Shown: piece after piece, positions 37,107 through 44,000 of the stretch | Layout of the letters: every line of letters starts with the position of its first letter | Numbering within the stretch: the stretch's first letter is position 1 | Assembly (NCBI GenBank): GCA_964428615.1 | Contig: CAYRXZ010000004.1 | Location: forward strand, 1-48,954 | Origin: an uncultured Candidatus Saccharibacteria bacterium | GTDB lineage: Bacteria; Patescibacteriota; Minisyncoccia; UBA6257; UBA9933 | Direction of reading: 5' to 3' | Length of the DNA stretch: 48,954 nucleotides | Notes under the pieces: model-generated | Seen by the model: only the letters and a program-made list of their open reading frames with translations | Databases searched by the model: none | Told to the model about the DNA's origin: nothing | Translations under genes and position numbers: made by a program

Positions 37107-38657
37107 TTAAAAATTGCTTCCGGCTTTTTCCCTCAAACGATATTGAAATGCTTCAGCTAAATGATTCGCGGAAATTTTTTCCGATTCCTCTAAATCAGCT
37201 ATAGTTTGAGCTATTTTAATAATTCTATAATAGCCGCGCGCGGAAACAAAAGACTTTTCCAAGATATTTTTCAAGAAATTTTCCGCGTCGGCGCCAAAAC
37301 TCACCAAATCATCAACTTGCTTAGAACTCATTTCTGAATTAAGACGGATTTTTAATTTCGCGCCGGTAAATCTTTGTTTTTGTACTTCTCTAACTTTCTT
37401 TACGCTAGTTCTCATTTTTTCCGCTGATTTTTCATCGCGAATTTTTGTCCTTAAATCGACGACTTTAACCCTTGGTACTTCTATTTGAATATCTATTCTA
37501 TCCAGTAACGGCCCGGAAATTTTCTTTTGATAACGAAAAACTTCATTTGCGGTACAACGGCATTCTTTTTCGGTGTCACCAAAATACCCACAAGGGCAAG
37601 GATTCATTGCTGCCACAAGTGAAAATTTTGCCGGAAAATTTAAAATATTTTTAGCGCGCGAAATCGAAATTTGCCCGCTTTCAATCGGCTGTCGTAAAGA
37701 TTCTAATAAATCTCTTCTAAATTCTGGAATTTCATCTAAAAACAAAATCCCAAAATGCGCTAAACTTATTTCCCCTGGTTTTGGACTTGCCCCACCGCCA
37801 ACAATTGAAACCGGCGAAGCAGTATGATGCGGAGCACGAAACGGCCGAAAATTCAAAAAACTGTTTTCTTTTAACATTCCGGCAGCGCTATAAATTTGAG
37901 TAATTTCAATGGCTTCCTCCAAAGAAGGCGGAGGCAAAATTGAAGCAAGAGCCTGAGCCATCATTGTTTTTCCGGCGCCCGGAGTCCCGGACATTAAAAT
38001 GTGATGCCCGCCCGCAGCTGCTACAATTAATGCCCTTTTAGCATTTTCTTGTCCCTTAATTTCCGAAATATCCACTAATGATTTATTGTAGATGGATTTA
38101 AACTCAACTTCTTTTTGAATTTCAATTAAATTCCTTTCTTCAAGATGATCTATAAGCTCTTCAAGATTAGAAACTGGAATAACTTTTATTCCTTTTATCA
38201 TCGCTGATTCTACGGCGTTTCCCTTTGGTACAAATAAAAATTTAAAACCAAGCTTTTTAGCCAATCGACTAATATTTAACGCTCCACTTATTGACCGTAA
38301 ACCGCCCTCAAGGGAAAGTTCACCTATAAAAACCTTGTCTTTTGTTTCAAATTGTTTTATTTGTTTTGTCGCCAAAAGATAACCCAAAGCGATTGCTAAA
38401 TCGTATTGTGAACCGGTCTTTTTAATATCCGCTGGCGCTAAATTAACGGTTATTTTCCTATTTTCTTTTGTTGGCGGTTTTACTCCGCTATTTTTTAACG
38501 CCGAACTAACTCTTTCTTTTGCCTCATTCAACGCTTTATCCGCCAGCCCAACTATATTAAAAGAATGGAGGCCAACATTTATGTCGGTCTCCACTTCTAT
38601 TAATCTTGCATCAATACCCTCAAGCTCAGCTGAATAAACTTTGGAGAAGTTTTTCAT
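37107..38657 (-). CDS. comM: YifB/ComM family Mg-chelatase-like AAA+ ATPase
   Basis: IVGLADKA..EAKERV, NLAPADIKKTG, GTPGAGKT, PFRAPHH, PGEISLAH, AMNPCPCG, SGPLLDRID. Confidence 0.92.
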   Translation of the reverse strand: MKNFSKVYSAELEGIDARLIEVETDINVGLHSFNIVGLADKALNEAKERVSSALKNSGVKPPTKENRKITVNLAPADIKKTGSQYDLAIALGYLLATKQIKQFETKDKVFIGELSLEGGLRSISGALNISRLAKKLGFKFLFVPKGNAVESAMIKGIKVIPVSNLEELIDHLEERNLIEIQKEVEFKSIYNKSLVDISEIKGQENAKRALIVAAAGGHHILMSGTPGAGKTMMAQALASILPPPSLEEAIEITQIYSAAGMLKENSFLNFRPFRAPHHTASPVSIVGGGASPKPGEISLAHFGILFLDEIPEFRRDLLESLRQPIESGQISISRAKNILNFPAKFSLVAAMNPCPCGYFGDTEKECRCTANEVFRYQKKISGPLLDRIDIQIEVPRVKVVDLRTKIRDEKSAEKMRTSVKKVREVQKQRFTGAKLKIRLNSEMSSKQVDDLVSFGADAENFLKNILEKSFVSARGYYRIIKIAQTIADLEESEKISANHLAEAFQYRLREKAGSNF

Positions 38658-38673
38658 AATCACCGGGTATGAA

Positions 38674-39012
38674 TCAATTATTAATTAATTTCTTACATTT
38701 TTTACAGAATCTTGATTCTGGCACTACTTCCAAGACATCAGTTGAAATTTTTTTTTCGCATTTCTCACAAATACCATATTCATGCTTTTTTATTTTGCCT
38801 AAAGCAACATCAACATCCACTAATTTTTCCTTATAATTTTGCGCTATTGATAACTGAGTGCTGAACTCTTCAGTTTCATCAGTCTCTTCATCGCCCGAGT
38901 CAATGTCGTCGCCAAAATCAGGAATTTTTTGAAGTTTTTTCACCCTGTTTTCAAGAAAATTTTTCAAACTAATCAGTTGATTTTTAAATTTTTTTAAGAA
39001 TTGAATATCCAT
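38674..39012 (-). CDS. DksA/TraR C4-type zinc finger protein
   Basis: Coiled coil with acidic tip, YGICEKC...P.SRFCKKC. Confidence 0.82.
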   Translation of the reverse strand: MDIQFLKKFKNQLISLKNFLENRVKKLQKIPDFGDDIDSGDEETDETEEFSTQLSIAQNYKEKLVDVDVALGKIKKHEYGICEKCEKKISTDVLEVVPESRFCKKCKKLINN

Positions 39013-39377
39013 TTTGAAAAAATAAAATAAGCCAAAATCCCGACAGCTACCGCGACCAACGCAACTACAATTGCTGTAATTAAAAACTTTAAATACCCGG
39101 ATTTTACTTGACTTGACTCTTCTATAACCTGTTTAGGAGCTATTCCGGGCATTGGCGAAAAAATTGGTTTTTCCGGCCCAGCATATCCGGAAATTTCAAA
39201 TTTCTTCTCTGGAGGCTGTTGTTGTTGCGGCTGCGGTTGCGAAAAAGTTTTAGGCGCAACCATTTCTCCTCCACCTTGCTCTAATGCTTTAATATCCGAC
39301 TCCATTGTGCGAATACTAATTTCCGGCGCCGGTGGTGCCGGGATTTCTTTTTTTTGCTGATCAAAATTTTCATCCAT
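38994..39377 (-). CDS. Hypothetical Pro/Gln-rich protein with C-terminal TM helix
   Basis: IRTMESDI motif, low-complexity linker, single TM. Confidence 0.6.
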   Translation of the reverse strand: MDENFDQQKKEIPAPPAPEISIRTMESDIKALEQGGGEMVAPKTFSQPQPQQQQPPEKKFEISGYAGPEKPIFSPMPGIAPKQVIEESSQVKSGYLKFLITAIVVALVAVAVGILAYFIFSKWIFNS

Positions 39378-39424
39378 TATTTAATTTTACAATGGTACAA
39401 AATTAAAGCAAGAGGAAAATCAAA

Positions 39425-39691
39425 TTAATTCTTTGAACTGATTTTCGTCAACATTCCCAAAGCCGTGCCCGTTCCTATTCCTAGTGAATAAATTATAATC
39501 GCTATAAGACTCCTTTCGGAATCAAGTCTGGTAATAATATTATAAAGCACAAGCATTCCCACCACACTTACTGCAAAAGAATAAAAAGATGCTGGAATAA
39601 TCCGGTCTTTCATCATAAAGCGCCAATTAAGCGTAAGTAAAAAATCCTGAAATGTCCCAGCCAAAAAATATATAATTAAATAATAATCCAT
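39425..39691 (-). CDS. Small three-TM membrane protein (DUF5698/UPF0316-like)
   Basis: Y.LG.GTGT.LG motif. Start at MDYYL because the longer ORF start lies within the tRNA. Confidence 0.6.
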   Translation of the reverse strand: MDYYLIIYFLAGTFQDFLLTLNWRFMMKDRIIPASFYSFAVSVVGMLVLYNIITRLDSERSLIAIIIYSLGIGTGTALGMLTKISSKN

Positions 39692-39698
39692 AATTATA

Positions 39699-39721
39699 CC
39701 TACGCTAAGTTTGTCAAAGTG
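39699..39721 (-). repeat. Degenerate CTTCGACAAGCTCAG-family element directly 3' of tRNA-Leu
   Basis: Sense cactttgacaaacttagcgtagg. Confidence 0.45.
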
Positions 39722-39804
39722 TGCGCGGGAGAGGATTCGAACCTCCACGACCTTGCGGTCACTACCACCTCAAAGTAGCGCGTCTGCCATTTCGCCACCC
39801 GCGC
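39722..39804 (-). tRNA. tRNA-Leu(GAG)
   Basis: GCGCGGG acceptor, D-arm TGGCGAAATGGCAGACGC, anticodon arm CTACT-TTGAGGT-GGTAG, long variable arm GACC-GCAA-GGTC, GGAGGTTCGAATCCTCT, discriminator A, no encoded CCA. Confidence 0.95.
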
Positions 39805-40107
39805 TTAAATCGCAACACCAATTTTTTTGCGAGTTCTTTTTTTTGAAAAACCTCTAAGGAAATAAAGTTTTGATTTATGAATTTTTTGAGGAGAATTAAT
39901 AATTTTTACTTTAATAATACTCGGTGAATTTATCGGATAAATTTTTTCTACTCCAACTTCTTGCAACGTAGCACGCACCGTAAAAGTAGCCCCAGCTTCT
40001 TTGCCATGTTTTCTTGCCAAAACTACACCCTTAAAAGTCCCAATTTTATCTTGGACTGCCACTTGAGCACCTGGTTTTATTTGTTTTAAAATTTGTTCTG
40101 GAATCAT
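39805..40107 (-). CDS. rplS: 50S ribosomal protein L19
   Basis: FKGVVLARK...ATFTVR...VGVEKIYPINSP...KLYFLR. Confidence 0.92.
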   Translation of the reverse strand: MIPEQILKQIKPGAQVAVQDKIGTFKGVVLARKHGKEAGATFTVRATLQEVGVEKIYPINSPSIIKVKIINSPQKIHKSKLYFLRGFSKKRTRKKIGVAI

Positions 40108-40141
40108 ATCAATTAATTAAAATTTGATTTAATGTACGCAT

Positions 40142-40170
40142 ATACTAATACTTTTCTACGGTAGAGTCAA
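40142..40170 (-). promoter_or_regulatory. Putative sigma70 promoter for rplS-tRNA-Leu
   Basis: TTGACT, 17 nt, TAGTAT on the minus strand. Confidence 0.55.
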
Positions 40171-40185
40171 GAAACAATATAAAAT

Positions 40186-40216
40186 AAAAATGGGAGAGAT
40201 TTCCTATTCTCTCCCA
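40186..40216 (-). terminator. Intrinsic terminator after Cys-rich ORF
   Basis: Minus strand TGGGAGAGA-ATAGGAAA-TCTCTCCCA-TTTTT. Confidence 0.8.
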
Positions 40217-40217
40217 A

Positions 40218-40478
40218 TTAAACATTTAACCCAGCCCCCACCCCTAAAGACAAATGGAGTTTTTTAGAGCGGCATTGTTCGCAATAATCAATATATTTTA
40301 CGATATATATACCGTCATTGCGAATGTAAACATTCCCACAATTCTGGCAAATATCAATTCCGTGTAATTGATATTTAGAATTGCAATAATTGCACATAGG
40401 AAACCATTTTTCTCTTTTTCCTTGGCTAATAATTATTTTACCGCCTCCATTTCCAGTATCAGTGCAAAAACAACACAT
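40218..40478 (-). CDS. Small Cys-rich (4x CxxC) putative zinc-binding protein
   Basis: CCFC, CNYC, CQNC, CEQC; strong SD AGAAAGGAGGTGA before ATG 40478; own terminator. Confidence 0.7.
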   Translation of the reverse strand: MCCFCTDTGNGGGKIIISQGKREKWFPMCNYCNSKYQLHGIDICQNCGNVYIRNDGIYIVKYIDYCEQCRSKKLHLSLGVGAGLNV

Positions 40479-40558
40479 ATGCGCTCTCACCTCCTTTCTA
40501 TATAACAAAGATTTGTAAAAGATTTCTATTTAAATTATAACAACTCATCAAACCCGTA

Positions 40559-41308
40559 TCAATTAAAGTTTTCCACTTTTATTAAATCTTTTAATTCGTC
40601 CGGCAATTCCGCTTCTAATTTGATTCTTCCACCATCTTCAATGCTGAATTCCAACGATTCTGCATGTAAAAATATCCTTTTTAAGCCAAATGGATTAGTT
40701 TTTTTACCATAAAGCGTGTCGCCGACAATTGGATGACCGATTGAAGCCAAATGAATTCTTATTTGATGAGTCCGCCCTGTTTTAGGCAATACTTTGACTA
40801 AAGAAAAGTCCTGACCGTCTAAATTCAAATATTTTAAAACTTTATATTCTGTAACCGCCGCTTTTTCGTCTTTCCCTTGCCAAACAGTTCTTTTAATAGT
40901 TCCTGATTTTATGGAAATCGGCTTATCTATTATTCCTATTTTTGAATTTATTTCCCCGTAAACTAAAGCGATGTAATTTTTCTTTATTTGCCGTGTTTGA
41001 AAAAGATTTTTTAAATATTCAAAATATTTTTGATTCCGAGCAACCAATAATATCCCCGAAACGTCTTTGTCTAAACGGTGTACAATCCCCGGCCGAAGAT
41101 TCACTTGCCCTGAGTCTGTTGAAGAATCGCCAACACCTTTCACTTCAGGATAATTTTCAACCAACCAATCAGTTAATGCCAAATCCTCTTTTCTTAATTC
41201 CTCATTCTTAATTCTTAATTTTATTGGATGTACCAATAACCCGGCCGGTTTATAAACCGCCAAAAAATTCCTATCTTTATAAACAACAAAAGGCTCGTTT
41301 TGAAACAT
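40559..41308 (-). CDS. RluA/RluD family pseudouridine synthase
   Basis: KPAGLLVH, GIVHRLDKDVSG, TGRTHQIRIH, GHPIVGD.LYG, LHA. Confidence 0.95.
   Translation of the reverse strand: MFQNEPFVVYKDRNFLAVYKPAGLLVHPIKLRIKNEELRKEDLALTDWLVENYPEVKGVGDSSTDSGQVNLRPGIVHRLDKDVSGILLVARNQKYFEYLKNLFQTRQIKKNYIALVYGEINSKIGIIDKPISIKSGTIKRTVWQGKDEKAAVTEYKVLKYLNLDGQDFSLVKVLPKTGRTHQIRIHLASIGHPIVGDTLYGKKTNPFGLKRIFLHAESLEFSIEDGGRIKLEAELPDELKDLIKVENFN
41104..41126 (-). repeat. Degenerate CTTCGACAAGCTCAGG-family element, in-frame in RluA gene (SSTDSGQ)
   Basis: Sense ttcttcaacagactcagggcaag. Confidence 0.6.
41188..41222 (-). repeat. Heptamer array (AGAATTA-like) in-frame in RluA gene (KLRIKNEELRK)
   Basis: Plus strand ttttct taattcc tcattct taattct taatttt; same unit as the rsmA array. 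Confidence 0.75.
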
Positions 41309-41337
41309 TTTTCACCGTTAAAGGCGCCAAAAATAAA

Positions 41338-43062
41338 TTATTTTATTTCCTTTTCTATATCCTCAATTTCTTTCCTCACAATTTTTTCTGCGTCGTCTAA
41401 ATCTTTTTTCAATTGTTTAATAATTTTTTCTTCCTCTTCTGTAAGTTCGCGCCTCGTTTTGGTTTTTTCAAGCATTTTGATTTGTTCTCGCATATTTTCT
41501 TTTAATAAATCAAATGCTTTATGTAACGCCTGTTCAACCTCGCGAACTTCTTTTCGAAGTCGATTTCTCATAGTTGTGAATTTGTGCCATAAATACCAAA
41601 TGAGCATAAGTAAAAATATAAGTAAAGCAATAAGCGGGATAATTATAGCGAGGAATGTTATTGTCCAATTTGCTATTTCTAAAATTGCCGGCCGCTGAAC
41701 AATAATAGTTAATTTATCTGATGGTCCGCTTTTAGCCCCTCTACTATCAATCACTTCAGCCCACAATTGATAAGTACCATCTTGTGGTCTTTCAATCGCT
41801 ATAAAGGTAAAATTCCCATATCTATCGCTTTTTATATCATAACTCTGAGCATCTCCTTTTTCTCTTTGAAGCCATAAGATAACTTTAGAGTTTGGGTAAG
41901 TACCTCCTCTAACTTCAAGGATTTCCCCGCTTTGTAATTCCTTTGGATATTCTGTAATAGTCGGTGGCTCCAATGTTTCAATGATAAATTCCGCTGAGCT
42001 AGTTAATGAATTACCTGCTTTATCTATTGCCCTTGCAACCAATACGTGTTTTCCCGAAGCTAAAACGGGTGTTTTATAAATGTGATTTCCGTCATCCTTC
42101 CAAATTTCGGCGCTACTACTATCAATTTGAATTTCATAATGATCTATGCCTGAAGTTTTATCACTAGCATCAAAAATAAAACTTATGCGTGGATCCGTGA
42201 GGTCATCTCTTTTAATTTCGGTTATATTGAAGTAATCTGGCTTACCGGTATCAATCTGAAAACGGAAATGTGTAATACCACTCCAACCATTATTATTTTT
42301 CAATTGAGTATGGAAATACCAGACACCATCATCAAGATCTTCAATTGTTTTTTGACCAATAGGTGAGGTGTAAAGAACCGTCGGTTCAGCGGTCGAAATT
42401 CTACCGACTAATAATCTCGTTGCGGTTACATCGGCACTAACCGGCCAAATAAATTTGGCTACATTTTTGGCATACCACTCTTCTGAGTTTGGGTGAGTTG
42501 GCGAAGAAATTTTTGGAGCTTGTGGAACACCAAGAGCAGCTGGAGGAATAATTGATTTTTCTTCAGAAATCAAATTAAATTGGGCTTGAGCCCGAGTTTG
42601 TAAAATATCCGTACCGTAGCCATCATTCGCCCGAACTGCCCCTGAAGAAAATATTAACGAAGCAACGCCAGCACCGCGAACTCTAAAAGTAACATTCACA
42701 ATTTTTCCCGATATCCCGTTAAAACCTGGTGTTGGCAATCCGCCATCAAGAGAAATGGTGCCCGCAATATTGGAAAAAGTTGGTTCTTCAACCCACAAAG
42801 AAAAGATTGAGCCAGATTTACTGATTGAAATAACCTCTAAAAGGTCAGTTGGAAAATTTACAACGATATTGGAATTATTTATCGCTTGCTCCTGCGTATT
42901 AATTAAAATGCTGGTATTTAAAATATTGCCAACAGAAAAATTACCGGAAGATGGACTAAAATAAAGAGTTGCAGCATTTGTTATATTCGCGCCAAAAATT
43001 AAAAGGGCAAAAAAACAGAAAAACACCACGTACTTCAAAATTTGTACTTTTTTGTCTTTCAT
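41338..43062 (-). CDS. Membrane-anchored cohesin-domain protein with Ig-like domains and cytoplasmic coiled-coil tail
   Basis: Signal peptide; cohesin-like ATLYFSP...INT...AIN...VNFPTDLLEV...SIFSLW...G.I..VTF; Ig-like modules; TM; charged helical tail. Confidence 0.75.
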   Translation of the reverse strand: MKDKKVQILKYVVFFCFFALLIFGANITNAATLYFSPSSGNFSVGNILNTSILINTQEQAINNSNIVVNFPTDLLEVISISKSGSIFSLWVEEPTFSNIAGTISLDGGLPTPGFNGISGKIVNVTFRVRGAGVASLIFSSGAVRANDGYGTDILQTRAQAQFNLISEEKSIIPPAALGVPQAPKISSPTHPNSEEWYAKNVAKFIWPVSADVTATRLLVGRISTAEPTVLYTSPIGQKTIEDLDDGVWYFHTQLKNNNGWSGITHFRFQIDTGKPDYFNITEIKRDDLTDPRISFIFDASDKTSGIDHYEIQIDSSSAEIWKDDGNHIYKTPVLASGKHVLVARAIDKAGNSLTSSAEFIIETLEPPTITEYPKELQSGEILEVRGGTYPNSKVILWLQREKGDAQSYDIKSDRYGNFTFIAIERPQDGTYQLWAEVIDSRGAKSGPSDKLTIIVQRPAILEIANWTITFLAIIIPLIALLIFLLMLIWYLWHKFTTMRNRLRKEVREVEQALHKAFDLLKENMREQIKMLEKTKTRRELTEEEEKIIKQLKKDLDDAEKIVRKEIEDIEKEIK

Positions 43063-43064
43063 CT

Positions 43065-44000
43065 TTAAATATTTCTTATTAATTTAGTTTTCCATATTCG
43101 CCATAGCCAGAAAACAAGCGCTAAAATTACAAATATAGTGAAACCCCAAATTAAATATATTTTGTAAGAAACTTCTGAGATTGGAACTGAAGGCAATTTA
43201 GGAATTATTATGTTTTCATTTCCCGCACTATCAATTACTTTTATTTGAACTGTACTCTTAAGTGATTGATCTTTGATAAAATAAGGGCTTTCGACCGAAA
43301 CAAAATCAGTGTTACCTTCTTTTATTTTATAATAAGCAATTCCCGACTCCTTATCAACCGCAAAGAAACTCACAAAATATTGATTATCAAAAAGACGTGG
43401 ATCTCGATTTATAATTGCTTCAATAAACTCGGGCGGAGTTTTATCATTATCAATCAAATCCTGCCACTCATTTTTTATTGGTATCTCAATCGGCCTTTTA
43501 GAAATATTTAACGAAAGAGGCCTTAGCCATGGGGCAGCAGAAGTTCCCTTACTATCATTCAAAAAAACTGAAAAATCGTCAAGAAAATTTATTTTTGCTT
43601 CCCCATTGTTTTTAGCAATAAAGAATATCTTTAAAACTTCTCCCTCTTCGGCTTGAAAACCTCCCGGCACTCCTCCTATAAAAGCTAAGTTGCCTTTCTC
43701 GTTGGAAAAAACCGGTAACTTTGGCCAAAGAACAAATAAAGAGCCTCCAGTACTTACTTCTTTAATTTCTAATTTATTATTATCATACGCAAGTGTTCCA
43801 TCAATAACATTAATTGGTTTGTCTGGTGTAGAAATTTTTATTTTAACCAAGAATGTATCGCCTTTATAAATTGTCTGATTCTCTAAATCTAAATAAACAG
43901 TTGTTGCCGCTTTGACAGTGAAAGGCCCGAATGAAAGTCCGGCGACAAGAATAAATGTCCCGATAATTAAATATTTTCTTCCGCTAAAACTTTTCATCAC
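43065..44000 (-). CDS. Membrane-anchored cohesin-domain protein
   Basis: Signal peptide; GDTFLVKI.I...PINVIDGTLAYDNNKLEI...SLFVLW...GEVLKIFF; DKESGIAYY Ig-like module; C-terminal TM. Confidence 0.75.
   Translation of the reverse strand: MMKSFSGRKYLIIGTFILVAGLSFGPFTVKAATTVYLDLENQTIYKGDTFLVKIKISTPDKPINVIDGTLAYDNNKLEIKEVSTGGSLFVLWPKLPVFSNEKGNLAFIGGVPGGFQAEEGEVLKIFFIAKNNGEAKINFLDDFSVFLNDSKGTSAAPWLRPLSLNISKRPIEIPIKNEWQDLIDNDKTPPEFIEAIINRDPRLFDNQYFVSFFAVDKESGIAYYKIKEGNTDFVSVESPYFIKDQSLKSTVQIKVIDSAGNENIIIPKLPSVPISEVSYKIYLIWGFTIFVILALVFWLWRIWKTKLIRNI

Noticed and set aside
37022-37204. 60-aa plus-strand ORF
   Set aside because: Runs antisense across the palindrome/promoter and the comM 3' end; no coding features.
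39425-39804. Integrative element at tRNA-Leu
   Set aside because: No integrase and no duplicated tRNA 3' end (att) found by eye; downstream genes look native.
41300-41698. 132-aa plus-strand ORF
   Set aside because: Antisense to the charged coiled-coil tail of the cohesin protein; S/F/I-rich shadow composition.
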